Shown piece by piece: positions 50,201 to 59,542 of a DNA stretch of 64,000 nucleotides (position 1 is its first letter; every line of letters begins with the position of its first letter). The stretch is from Terriglobia bacterium (lineage in GTDB: Bacteria; Acidobacteriota; Terriglobia; JAIQFV01). The stretch covers positions 158,101-222,100 of the forward strand of contig JBGQBO010000001.1 in NCBI GenBank assembly GCA_041494885.1, in the 5' to 3' direction. The notes below the pieces were generated by a model. The model saw nothing but the letters and a program-made list of their open reading frames with translations. It did not search any database and was not told the origin of the DNA. Position numbers and translations under genes: made by a program.

Positions 50201-51658
50201 GTCACTGCTCGTCCCAGGAACGGCAACAACCTGATTGACTAAACCGAAAAGACCCGCCCACAAGGGAGCGCTCAAACTGGTTCCCCCAATGCAACATCGG
50301 AGGGTCCCTCCCTGGTACCAGTAAACACCCTGTTGGCCCGGATTTCCCATAGCCGCTACATCCGGGACATCCCGCATTCCATCCTTTGGAACCCCGGGAC
50401 CGAACTGGTAAGCGGGTTTTGCATAAAACTTCGATTTTCCTCCGCCGCTTCCACTCCAAGCCGTTTCCTCGCCATACTCAGTGACATTCCCATCAACATC
50501 GAGTACCGGATTGAGATTGGTCCCACCCACACAGGTGGCGTATGGTGAGGAACAAAGACGGTTCACGTCCGGGCCCGAACTGAGTTGAGAGCCCGCGGCA
50601 AACTGCTGAACTCCATTGTCACCGGACGCCACGAAAACCGATTGACCCTGGGAAGCCGCTTGCATGTAACGCTGGTCACTTTGAATCAGTGTCAGATCGG
50701 AAACCATGCTTTCCCCGCCGCCAAAACTGATGCTTACGACGTGCGACGAGGGAAGTCGGTTCACAATGTAATCGAGCGAAGGACTAATGCTGGCGTTGGT
50801 GGGAGCAATGACGACCTGAATGCTCGCTGCCGGAGCCATCGCCCCCGACCATTCGGCATCGAGCAAGACCTCCGTCACCTCGCTGGGGTTGCTCATCCCC
50901 GGATTTTGACCCGGAACCACAAATATCTTTTGGGGGTCGCTGGGGGGCAACCCGAAGAAATTGCGAAAAGCCTGGACATCGCCAATGTCGAAATCACTGC
51001 GCGCCACAATGGCAATGCTCTGCCCTGCTCCGTCGATCCCGATGTTATAGAGGGGGAGGAGGTTGTAGGCGCGATGAAGGTCAGCCGGCGCCATCGAAGT
51101 TCGTGTTCCGCTCCGGTAAAGGGGTTGCTCATCGGGAAAATTATCGAGGCCGAACACCCCCAGCGCACGGTCTTGAAATGGCTCCGAAATCTGCGGGGCG
51201 CGATCGTTGCCGTAAAACCGCTTCCCTTCAAACTCATACGTCCCCATACTAATCTTGAAGGCGCGTTCCACCTGCGCCACCGTCCCGTCAAAATACACCG
51301 AAAGCCGATTCGGATAGGCGTGCGTCACCACCATCCCATTCTGCTGCAGCCATCGAATGACACGTTGAAATTCATCCTCGGAAACTCCGAACCGCGCTCC
51401 AAATTCTTCCGGCGTCAGCCATCGATGATATTGGGCCGATCGGGGGTTCTGTTGTTCTTCCAGAAGCTGCTGCAATCCGGCCAGGTTCTGGATCCTGAAA
51501 GCGAGCAGCATCGACTTGAGTTCCATGGAGGGTTCCGCCCTGCTGACAAAGCGGCTCTGCTTCAAGAAAACCGGCGCCTTCTCTGCTGAGGGGTTGACTG
51601 AGGGTACGATCAAGAACGACAAGAACAGCAAAAGGAATGAAGAACGCTTCGAATTCAT
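47270..51658 (-). CDS. Sedolisin (S53) peptidase with about 1000-aa C-terminal tandem beta-rich domains
   Basis: Start at MNSKRSSFLLLFLSFL signal peptide (track ORF extends to 51823); pro-kumamolisin activation domain, catalytic GGTSLSAPLWAG serine motif; C-terminal two-thirds is repetitive Gly/Ser/Thr-rich domains. Confidence 0.75.
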   Translation of the reverse strand: MNSKRSSFLLLFLSFLIVPSVNPSAEKAPVFLKQSRFVSRAEPSMELKSMLLAFRIQNLAGLQQLLEEQQNPRSAQYHRWLTPEEFGARFGVSEDEFQRVIRWLQQNGMVVTHAYPNRLSVYFDGTVAQVERAFKISMGTYEFEGKRFYGNDRAPQISEPFQDRALGVFGLDNFPDEQPLYRSGTRTSMAPADLHRAYNLLPLYNIGIDGAGQSIAIVARSDFDIGDVQAFRNFFGLPPSDPQKIFVVPGQNPGMSNPSEVTEVLLDAEWSGAMAPAASIQVVIAPTNASISPSLDYIVNRLPSSHVVSISFGGGESMVSDLTLIQSDQRYMQAASQGQSVFVASGDNGVQQFAAGSQLSSGPDVNRLCSSPYATCVGGTNLNPVLDVDGNVTEYGEETAWSGSGGGKSKFYAKPAYQFGPGVPKDGMRDVPDVAAMGNPGQQGVYWYQGGTLRCCIGGTSLSAPLWAGLFGLVNQVVAVPGTSSDGVGLANTRIYEMGRTQLTSGGLQTFHDVTVGSNSTGAVPGFSAEVAYDQVTGWGSFNGDLFVQSFASNLSDTGIVNLVSGVQTSAVLSPGSSATTCTLGPSQYTIDVPAGTLQLIVTLSGNQNVNLFLRRDQSVVLAGGRITADYKSETTLPDQSLYVNDQTTPPLVPGTYYIAVANCSNSQTSFALRASLVNPSSALKTEELLVDDGSMESSLPGTGLMVVNRLTPRRYPSKLKAIRIFIPQDLNAQGSLGQSIRLVAFTDRTATNRSPDSPVLLVDQWAVIHGNNGYVDFPIVNGPAIDSGDWYIGFQYPASGAVSAALDSSGPDRQGGYVSTDNGATFGGSRMWNEGTPVNLMIRGVVESGPPILDTATASFQADSANGVIRIQFYGRDGQGDVVGLTETRFDAQGQVLGTGSFDIGTRVDNKTSFVSEIAFTGSNRLADTRQIQVQLQDRSGLASDFRIISVLSTPGSSEVDLDLPAAGMAIHATSGNGGAAQAGYATLSPKTGALPYGTAVFALTQNGVVVSEVGVPPSQPTTAAQIFIDYRSSFSAKTGRLDATKIETNTGLAIVNGNNLSADVKFTLRGVDGSPLAVGFGTLLANSHVSRFIDQLSDLARGFVFPPDFSSAIQFGTLEIKSSQPLALLALRLTNNSRGEALMTSTPVADLSQAPAVDPLYFPHLVDGGGYKTTLILMNPSATLETGELRILGDNGSSLTVQQINGRADSSFPYAIPPGGLYVFQTDGSPTHVNSGLVQVLPDPARLTPVGAGVLSYSQGGVVVTESGIPSASLTTHARVFVDKSEGHDTGLAVANPGPIPLRVGINVYERNGVSGAGSGSLDVSAMGHQSRFLEELIPGGLPDEFIGVVDLSSATPFAVLTMRAFTNSRGDFLLTTFPVGIARQSPSPSMIFPQITEGGGYKTQFFFLNSGPLQSLRLNFFADDGSAIPLAKADRHLLLKVDEEVPSEAGDQQLQIIKD

Positions 51659-52229
51659 TGCCGGTGGATTCCGCCTCCAGGTTGGCGCTCTTGTACCACA
51701 CCCCGCGTGAGCGCGCAAGTAAACAGCGTCGCCATGTTCAATGAAAATGTTTGCAGGAATGTCACTGCGAGCAGATTTTGAGAAATCACAACGGGGTCTT
51801 GCGTTGGCCAAAATGGGTCTCATGCCAGGAGAGCGTCACACTTTGGCGGGATGCAATCCCGATCTTAACCCCCATGAACCTGATCTCTAAATCATCCTGT
51901 TGCCCAAAGCCAGCATGTTTTCCGGTGGATAGAGTTAGTCCTGGGCTCAAGACGGTCATGAAATGGATTGGCTTTAGCAGTCGGGTGAATGCTGCTCACC
52001 TCGTCAGCCCTGGAGGCAGCCATGAGAAGGCCATTGGATGGAGACAGAAACGCATCCTTCCGTGATGTGCCGAATGCCTGCTGCCCGCCCTTATATTTTT
52101 TCCTCGCACACAAGGAGAATGATTTTACCCCTTAACTCTTGGGCTGGTTTTTGGGTATACTGTAAGCAAGAGGCTGAGAACTTCGACAACACGCTCTTCT
52201 GAACACGCAAGCGTATAGATCATACGCTC

Positions 52230-55200
52230 TTGCCAGAGCCGCTGGAGAACAACGAGATGAAGTGGTCCATTGAACACAAGGTGATTGTGGGTTTTGGACT
52301 TGCCTTGCTCATTCTGATGTTCATCAGCGTCATCTCCTACCGAACCACAACCCGCCTGGTTGAGAACACTCAGTTGGAGTCCCAGTCCTTTCAGCAACTG
52401 GAGTTACTCGTATCCTTGATGGCCCGATTAACGGATGCTGAATCCGGACAGCGCGGATACCTCATTTCGGGAGATGAACTTTATCTGGAGCCGTACAATA
52501 CTGCCACCGTTGTGATCGAACAGCAGATCGAAGATTTCAGGAAGTTGAATGATGACGATCCTGAAGAATTGCCGAGGATCGACGTCCTTCACTCCCTGGT
52601 TCGTCAGCGATTTCTCCTCCTCCAAAAATCGATCGATCTGAAGAAGGCGAACCCTTCGATTTCCCCCAATCAAATTGCCTTACCGGACGAGGGAAGGAAG
52701 GTCCACGATCAGATTCGAAAGTTAATTCTCGAAATGAAGGATCATGAGAATGAGGTGTTCATCGAGCGGTCGAAGGCAGAGAAGGTCACTGCTCGCAATG
52801 CCATCAGGGCCATCATCCTGGGAGGGCTTTTATCTTTCGCGCTGGTCGCCATCTCGATTGTGATCATCCGTCGTGACTTCGCCCAACGCAGCCGGGTCGA
52901 AGAATCACTTCGACGCCTCAGCGCGATCCTTGAGGCCACCCCTGACTTTGTGGGCACGGCCAACAAGCAGGGGCAGGTCCTTTCGGTAAACAAAGCTTGG
53001 CGGAAGATTCGTGGGATCGCCGAAGACGTCGATATCTCCGCGCTCCGCATCGCTGACTTCCATCCCCGATGGGCCACCGAGGTGATCAAGAAAGAGGCCA
53101 TCCCCACGGCGATTCGCGAAGGGACCTGGAGTGGCGAAACTGCCCTGTTGGGACGGGATGGGAGCGAAATCCCTGTCTCCCAGGTCATCATCGCTCACAA
53201 GTCGGAACAGGGAGAGGTGGTGTATCTATCGACCATCGCGCGCGATATCACAGAACGGAAACAGACGCAGCTCGCCCTGCAAAAGGCTCGCGACGAGATG
53301 GAAGTTCGCGTCGAGGAGCGCACCGCTGAACTGGCCAAGACGAATGCGTTGCTCCTCCGCACGAACCGGGCGCTGCGGATGATCAGCGAGTGCAATCAAA
53401 TTCTCGTCCACTCTGCCAACGAAAAAGCCCTGCTGAATGAAACCTGCCAGGCTCTCGTGGAGATCGGAGGGTATTGCCTGTCCTGGATTGGCTTTGCGCA
53501 GCAGGATGACAGGAAAAGCGTCCTTCAGGTGGCCTCGGCTGGAGATGAAGAAGCTTACGCGAAGTCCCTCGATTTGACCTGGGCCGACACTGGGCCCGGG
53601 CAAGGACCTACCGGGACGGCGATCCGCACGGGAACGCCTGCCATCGCGAACGACGTTCAGTCGGATCCGTTTTTCCTGCCCTGGCGGGAGGAGATCGTCA
53701 GGCGGGGGATCGCCTCGTCCATCGCTCTGCCTTTGACCCTCGACGGGAAAACTCTGGGGGCTTTGAATATTTATTCCAAAACGCCAGAGGCCTTTGACGT
53801 GGCCGAGGTCAACCTGCTCACGGAACTGGCGAGCGACCTGGTCTATGGCATCGCCACCTTCCGCGCCCGGGCCGAGCGTGAACGCATGGTGAATGCTCTT
53901 CAGGAGAGCGAGGAACGCTTCCGTCTGTTTGTCGTCGGCGTGGAAGATTATGCGATCTTCATGCTGGATCCGGAGGGACGCATTGTCAGTTGGAACACTG
54001 CGGCTGAGCGCATGAAGGGATATACCGCGGCGGAGATTATTGGCAAACATTTCTCTCTCTTTTACACGGCGACAGACCTTGAACACGACTGGCCCGGGCA
54101 CCTCCTGGAGGTGGCAAAGGCCAAGGGCTACGTGAAGGATGAAGGCTGGCGGCTGCGCAAGGACGGATCGCGGTTTTCAGCCGACGTGGTCATTACCGCC
54201 TTGCGTGAGAAGAATGGCTCCCTGCGCGGCTTTGCCGAGGTGACGCGCGACATCACGGAGCGCAAACGCGCAGAAGAAGAACTCAAATTCAGAAACCTCC
54301 TCCTCAATACGCAGCAGGAAGCAGCGATCGATGGAATCCTTGTCGTGGATGAAAACGGCAAGATGATTTCCTTCAACCAGCGGTTTGTGGAGATGTGGGG
54401 GATTCCGCGCGAGGTGATTGAGAGCCGGTCCGACGAGCGCGCCCTGAAGTCGGTGCTTGAAAGGCTGAATGAGCCGGACCAATTTATTAAGAAGGTAAAA
54501 TATCTGTACGAGCACCCGAACGAGACGAGCCAGGATGAGATTGCCCTTCGTGACGGAAAAATCTTCGATCGTTACTCCGCGCCGATGGTCGGAACCGACG
54601 GGAAGTATTACGGGAGGGTCTGGTATTTTCACGATGTCACTGAGCGCACGCGGATGGAGGAGGCGCTCAAGGGTTCGGAAAAGGGATACCGAAATCTCGT
54701 GGAGACCGCACTCGTGGGGGTCTATAAGATCAATATGCAGGGAGACATTCTTTATCTTAATGACGCTCTCGCGAGAATGTTGGGGTTTGTCTCCCCCGTC
54801 GAAATGATTGCCGACCACGCCCAGATGAGATTCAGGAATCCGAAGGACCGGGAAACACTCCTCGACCTTCTCCGGAGAAAAGGCCGGGTGGAGGGGTATG
54901 ACGCGGAGATTCTCACCAAAAAAGGGCAACCCAAGAACGTGATGATCAGCGCCATCCGCGAGGGGGACATCCTCTCGGGCATGGTGATTGACATTACGGC
55001 ACGCAAGCAGGCCGAGAAGGCCCTCTTGAAGAGCCAGGCGCGCCTGCAGCTTCAGATTGATCGCATGCCGATCGCGTGCATCGTTTGGAGTCCGGAATTC
55101 CGGGCTCTCTCGTGGAATCCCGCGGCAGAAAGAATTTTTGGCTTTGCAGCCAACGAAATCCTGGGGAAGGGCCCGTACGGGCTCATTGTGCAGAAGGGGA

Positions 55201-55412
55201 TCCAGCCCCAGGTGGAGGTGATTTGGGAACGTCTCCTGAAAGGCGACAGCGCGGCCCATAGTATCAATGAAAATCTTACCAAAGACGGCCGAACCATCCT
55301 CTGTGACTGGACCAATACCCCGCTGCTCGGAGAGGACGGCATCGTCGTCGGCGTTCTCTCGATGGTCCAGGATATAACAGAAAAATGGAAACCCCTGGAG
55401 GAGGTCCAGTGA
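52230..55412 (+). CDS. CHASE3 / multi-PAS / GAF sensor protein lacking any output domain
   Basis: 1060 aa; CHASE3 N-terminus with flanking TMs, then at least five PAS/PAC and one GAF; no H-box, HATPase, GGDEF, EAL or HTH found by eye. Confidence 0.7.
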   Translation: MPEPLENNEMKWSIEHKVIVGFGLALLILMFISVISYRTTTRLVENTQLESQSFQQLELLVSLMARLTDAESGQRGYLISGDELYLEPYNTATVVIEQQIEDFRKLNDDDPEELPRIDVLHSLVRQRFLLLQKSIDLKKANPSISPNQIALPDEGRKVHDQIRKLILEMKDHENEVFIERSKAEKVTARNAIRAIILGGLLSFALVAISIVIIRRDFAQRSRVEESLRRLSAILEATPDFVGTANKQGQVLSVNKAWRKIRGIAEDVDISALRIADFHPRWATEVIKKEAIPTAIREGTWSGETALLGRDGSEIPVSQVIIAHKSEQGEVVYLSTIARDITERKQTQLALQKARDEMEVRVEERTAELAKTNALLLRTNRALRMISECNQILVHSANEKALLNETCQALVEIGGYCLSWIGFAQQDDRKSVLQVASAGDEEAYAKSLDLTWADTGPGQGPTGTAIRTGTPAIANDVQSDPFFLPWREEIVRRGIASSIALPLTLDGKTLGALNIYSKTPEAFDVAEVNLLTELASDLVYGIATFRARAERERMVNALQESEERFRLFVVGVEDYAIFMLDPEGRIVSWNTAAERMKGYTAAEIIGKHFSLFYTATDLEHDWPGHLLEVAKAKGYVKDEGWRLRKDGSRFSADVVITALREKNGSLRGFAEVTRDITERKRAEEELKFRNLLLNTQQEAAIDGILVVDENGKMISFNQRFVEMWGIPREVIESRSDERALKSVLERLNEPDQFIKKVKYLYEHPNETSQDEIALRDGKIFDRYSAPMVGTDGKYYGRVWYFHDVTERTRMEEALKGSEKGYRNLVETALVGVYKINMQGDILYLNDALARMLGFVSPVEMIADHAQMRFRNPKDRETLLDLLRRKGRVEGYDAEILTKKGQPKNVMISAIREGDILSGMVIDITARKQAEKALLKSQARLQLQIDRMPIACIVWSPEFRALSWNPAAERIFGFAANEILGKGPYGLIVQKGIQPQVEVIWERLLKGDSAAHSINENLTKDGRTILCDWTNTPLLGEDGIVVGVLSMVQDITEKWKPLEEVQ

Positions 55413-55452
55413 CATGACGCCGCACTCGACAAGGGTCAGTGAAGGAGAGGAG

Positions 55453-56061
55453 ATGAGATTCGCAGGCAGAACGATCTCGGTCTTAATGGTGAGCCTAAGT
55501 ATGTTCGGAGGAAGCCTGCTGTATGCTGCGCAACCCGCACCGCCCACAACCGATCTGAGTAAATGGAACAGCGCCTCCGAATTGTTGGATGCCCAAGGTA
55601 ACCTTCTCACGAAGGTCACGGTCAGGAATGGAAAGATCGACTTCTCTCGAGCTCCCGGCCAAAGCCGTGAGGCGCTCCTGAAGGCGCTCTACGCATCGGG
55701 AGCCCGTCGTGTGTACAACTCTATCCTGAGCCCCCTTACCATTACTTCACAAGGCCGCCTGGGTGTGAATTTTGAAGGCCAGGGTGGGTTTCAAGCCCCC
55801 AGGGAAACCGATGACGGGTTCGATCTGGCAAATGGGGAAGGTTCGCAGATTCTAGATGCAACGGGGACACTTCTGGCCACGGTCACGACAACGGGTGGCA
55901 AACCCGCGTTAGTGTTCCCTCCTGAAAAGTCTCTCAAAACCCTATATGAAGAAGGCGTCCGATCCTTCTATTACAAATTTGAGCCCATCAAAGGCGAATT
56001 GAAACTGCACGGAGTCAAAATCGTCAAGGACGATAAGGGCGCGTTCATCTTGGAGCCCTAA
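55453..56061 (+). CDS. Hypothetical secreted protein
   Basis: Signal peptide MRFAGRTISVLMVSLSMFGGSLLYAA; starts 2 nt after the sensor stop (track ORF 55414..56061). Confidence 0.4.
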   Translation: MRFAGRTISVLMVSLSMFGGSLLYAAQPAPPTTDLSKWNSASELLDAQGNLLTKVTVRNGKIDFSRAPGQSREALLKALYASGARRVYNSILSPLTITSQGRLGVNFEGQGGFQAPRETDDGFDLANGEGSQILDATGTLLATVTTTGGKPALVFPPEKSLKTLYEEGVRSFYYKFEPIKGELKLHGVKIVKDDKGAFILEP

Positions 56062-56102
56062 TTTGGATATCGACAACGCTGAGAGTTCCAGGGAGGCTTC
56101 AC

Positions 56103-56267
56103 ATGCCAATCTACGAATTTGAATGTCTCAAGTGCAAAAAGATATTCTCGCTTGTGCTCTCGCTGGCCGAATACGAAAAGAAAAAGCCTGCGTGCCCCAA
56201 GTGTGGGAGCAAGCAGGTTGAGCAACTGGTCGAGCAATTTTTTGTGGTCACCTCCAAGAAGAGCTGA
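56103..56267 (+). CDS. FmdB-family zinc-ribbon protein
   Basis: 54 aa; MPIYEFECLKCKKIF...CPKCGS two CxxC pairs; below the ORF-track size cut-off. Confidence 0.6.
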   Translation: MPIYEFECLKCKKIFSLVLSLAEYEKKKPACPKCGSKQVEQLVEQFFVVTSKKS

Positions 56268-56645
56268 ACCTCGGCGGGAGGCCCTCGATTCTCCGTGTGC
56301 CGCAGGCATGCGCTTTTTGCACGGGTGCCGCAGGCGCGTCCGCCACGGCGGACATGCCTGCGAACCATCCCCCAACAAGGCTTCACTCCCGCCAAGTAAT
56401 CAGCCGGATCTCCCCTGCATCCGATAAGGTTCGGTGAAGGCTCGCGAGGGCCTTGATCCCAAGCGCACGCCCCGATGGACCGGGGCATGCGGCACCCAAG
56501 CTCAGTCCAAATACTCTCCCCTCCACGTCGTTGTTTAATCCATTGATTCAGATTTGCGGTCTGCCCGACATGCAATGGTCCCGGGGTCGACGCATGAAGC
56601 ACAAGAGCAGCGCGCGTCCCGGGGGTAAAAAATATGGAGGGAAAT

Positions 56646-56673
56646 TGGCTCCTGAGGCAGGGATCGAACCTGC
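56646..56673 (-). other. tRNA 3'-end fragment (T-arm GCAGG-TTCGATC-CCTGC plus acceptor CTCAGGA-G-CCA); probable att-site remnant at the island boundary
   Basis: Perfect T-stem/T-loop and acceptor 3' strand with encoded CCA. The upstream 46 nt cannot be folded into D or anticodon arms. Confidence 0.45.
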
Positions 56674-57530
56674 AACCCACCACGGTGGATTAACAGTTGC
56701 GGCGAGCGGATTCTCAAAATGTGTCACACTGTTCCATATGCTGTTCTTTTGTCGCTTGCTTATTGATGATTTCCCGCTCACCCCGTCTAATATCATCTGC
56801 CACCATTTCTGAGCGTGGTGGGGCACAAAATGGGACACAGTTTTTGTAGAGTGAGAATTCGCCCTGACCGGCCCATGACCCACCACCCATGCTCCCTCAT
56901 GGTCATCGCTCAATTTAGGGACTTTCTTCTTGAAGTTGTGTCCGGTAAGCTTTACACTTTTTCTCGGAAAGTTGCTCCCCCATGTCGGCCTTTGAACACA
57001 ATGACGATTGGCTGGCACTTGAAGCTTTCGATAAAACGATCCCATTCCCCGAACAGAGCGAAAAAGAAGTTGGGAAGCCGGAATCATTTGGTGTGGGAGT
57101 ATTCCACTCATGTCCTCATTTCATTGCGACACGCCGGCTTGCATCGGGGTTCTCAATCGGGATAGGAGGGGATTTTGCGGTCCGGCGGACATCCCGTGAA
57201 ATTCTGTAACGCGATTTCCGTCAAGGACTGCAGGACTTGTCTTAGCATGCAGAATGGGCTGTGTTTGTTTCGACGTTGCCGCCTGATTATGAATTAGGTG
57301 CACAAACGGCAGCCATTGGCCGCGTGAATTGATTGGTCATTTATGGGCAGTCTGTTGTGCAAGGACAAAATGTACATGGGAGCAATGATCACGTCCTGCT
57401 ACATTAGGCTGTGGAGACCGCAGTGTTTGGCTCTACGTGAGAGCAATCTAATACGGCTTCATGTATTAGATCGGCTTCAACACCATTGATCCACATGAAG
57501 GAGCACCTGCCACATAGGTCTGAGCAGCAC

Positions 57531-58463
57531 ATGAGCGGAGAGCGCGGGCCCGCTATTTTGAAACTGCGCCTCCCCACCAATTGGATCGTTCGCGAGCAAC
57601 CGACGAGCGACTATGGAATTGACGTTGAAGTGGAACTCGCCTCGGATACAGTAAGCGGCATCCTGTGCAAAGGCCAAGTCAAATCCAAGACTCCTATTGC
57701 TTGGCGGCAAGATGGCACTTTTCGCGAAGTCGTTGGGAAGAAGAAGCTGGTCTACTGGCAGATTCTCGCTCTGCCAGTTGTCGTATTTCTAGTCGACAAT
57801 ACCACGGAGGAGGTATTTTGGGCGCCGGTCACGTCATCAGCGCCCGCTGAGCTAGTGATTACAGACTCAGTGACGATCGAGAGGCGGATGAACCTTCCCC
57901 AAACAACAGATGCTCTCGAGCGCCATATACGAGGTTATGTCCATTATGCCACTGCGAAGCGGTCGCTGTACCGTCTTCCCGGCACATTGGAACGCTGGCA
58001 GCGCCGCCTTGAATCCACGGACCGGGATTTCTTTCTCCCCGTCGATGAAGAATTCTATCGCGAAACCCATGAATTCTTCGACGAGCTTTTGACCCTGCGC
58101 GAGGCCGTTGGACTTTCCAACGCTGACATCCTGCCATGGATCATTTGGACAGAGCGGTCCCGGTTATTCTTCCCTGACGGTGGCGGGTTGTTGTATTGGG
58201 GCATCTACGATGAGCTTGTCACGTACCTCAAACCTTTTATTGAAGAGACGGTCGAACGGGCGAAGACGCTGCTTGAGAGGGAAGACCCAACGCCTGCGAA
58301 TGCGGCAGCCAAAGCGTTAGTCGACAAGGAAAAGAGGGGGTATGCGGTCTCGTATCGATTTGACTTTGGTCTTCAGGACAGCTTGGACTGGAACAAGATT
58401 GAGCGCATCCTGGACGAAAAGGGTGCTTTGTTCATGCGAATGAAAAAGAAGCAACCAGTATAA
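57531..58463 (+). CDS. DUF4365-like restriction-endonuclease-fold protein with unknown C-terminal domain
   Basis: Start at internal Met MSGERGPAIL; N-terminus ...LPTNWIVREQPTSDYGIDVEVEL...ILCKGQVKSK...YWQILALPVVVFLVD matches the DUF4365 PD-(D/E)xK pattern (D-YGID-xExE...Q.K); about 200 aa C-terminal region with no recognised motif; lower GC than neighbours. Confidence 0.55.
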   Translation: MSGERGPAILKLRLPTNWIVREQPTSDYGIDVEVELASDTVSGILCKGQVKSKTPIAWRQDGTFREVVGKKKLVYWQILALPVVVFLVDNTTEEVFWAPVTSSAPAELVITDSVTIERRMNLPQTTDALERHIRGYVHYATAKRSLYRLPGTLERWQRRLESTDRDFFLPVDEEFYRETHEFFDELLTLREAVGLSNADILPWIIWTERSRLFFPDGGGLLYWGIYDELVTYLKPFIEETVERAKTLLEREDPTPANAAAKALVDKEKRGYAVSYRFDFGLQDSLDWNKIERILDEKGALFMRMKKKQPV

Positions 58464-58542
58464 GTGCCGAACGTGGTGTTGAAACCGACGCGAAAAGAAA
58501 GCGTGCGGCTGACAATCGGCGTTAGATTTATTAGGGGGCGCA

Positions 58543-59466
58543 GTGGAGTACGGTCTTACGCTAATGGTTTTGGGAGCACCGGAGTTCGTCCGAATATCGG
58601 AAGCGGATTATCAAACAATCATCGAGGCGAAACGTGGGTTGTTCGAGTGTCTTTATGTTGAAGAGAAGTTCGACCTTGTGGTCGAGAACTACTTCGAACT
58701 GGAGATATCCCTCCTCGAGTCGGCTGCAAATCATATGGTATTCGGCCGACTGGACTATCGTTACATCCAGGTCGAGCGAGGGTTGTACAATCGGCGACTC
58801 GCGAACCTCCTATCTGCTGGTCGGATCTATGCAGATCATGTGAAACAGCACATCGAGCGGATCTTTCCGCCCGACTCAAATAACGTTCAAGAATTGATTG
58901 CAAAGTTCAGTGAGCAATACGACAAACGACTGGGCTATCGTTCCATGGAAGCCCTTAGAAACTTCATACAGCATCGTGGGCTTCTCGTCCACTCGATGGC
59001 TTACAAAATCAAGCGAGTCAAGCGAACGGGAGAGGACGGGCTGCTCTTCATGGTCACCCCCTATCTAGTGCCAGAGGAACTGCGTGCTGATGGTGATTTC
59101 AAAATGGCAGTGCTTGAGGAGCTCGAGAGTCTCGGAGAAAAGATTGATTTGAAGGAGTTGGTTCGCGACTACATAGAGGGACTGTGGACCGTGCACGAGA
59201 AGATTCGCGAACGTATTCGCCCTTTGACCGAGGCATGGGATTATACGATGCGCAAGGCAGTAGGCCGCTTCCACTCAAACTATCCAGACAAAGATACGGC
59301 TGGTCTCGCAGCTGTCGCTCGCGATGCCGACGACCACTACCTGGATGCGATACCTGTGTTCACTGATTTCATAGAGTACCGTCAGAACTTGGAAGGGAAG
59401 AACAGAAATCTTGTCAACCTTGTGAACCGGTACGTGACGAATGAAGTCGTCGATAAGAAACTCTAA
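58543..59466 (+). CDS. Hypothetical protein, possible HEPN-like (Rx4H: RNFIQH)
   Basis: 307 aa, all-alpha prediction, ALRNFIQHRG motif; no other recognisable domain. Confidence 0.35.
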   Translation: MEYGLTLMVLGAPEFVRISEADYQTIIEAKRGLFECLYVEEKFDLVVENYFELEISLLESAANHMVFGRLDYRYIQVERGLYNRRLANLLSAGRIYADHVKQHIERIFPPDSNNVQELIAKFSEQYDKRLGYRSMEALRNFIQHRGLLVHSMAYKIKRVKRTGEDGLLFMVTPYLVPEELRADGDFKMAVLEELESLGEKIDLKELVRDYIEGLWTVHEKIRERIRPLTEAWDYTMRKAVGRFHSNYPDKDTAGLAAVARDADDHYLDAIPVFTDFIEYRQNLEGKNRNLVNLVNRYVTNEVVDKKL

Positions 59467-59542
59467 CCACTGCGTCCAGACTGTCGGGCGCTGCTGCGCC
59501 AGCCGCTGACGCCTGACGTTAGGCGCCCTCGGGGGGGTATCT

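Noticed and set aside
56640-56725. Intact tRNA, tRNA-Sec (selC) or tmRNA at the T-arm-like site
   Set aside because: Only the T-arm and acceptor 3' strand are present. No D arm, no anticodon stem and no UCA anticodon. No 5' acceptor partner is found within 400 nt, so tmRNA is also unlikely.
56982-57209. 75-aa ORF (MSAFEHNDDWLALEAF...) in the non-coding gap
   Set aside because: No motif, no convincing RBS, lies in a low-GC spacer. Kept only as a low-probability candidate.
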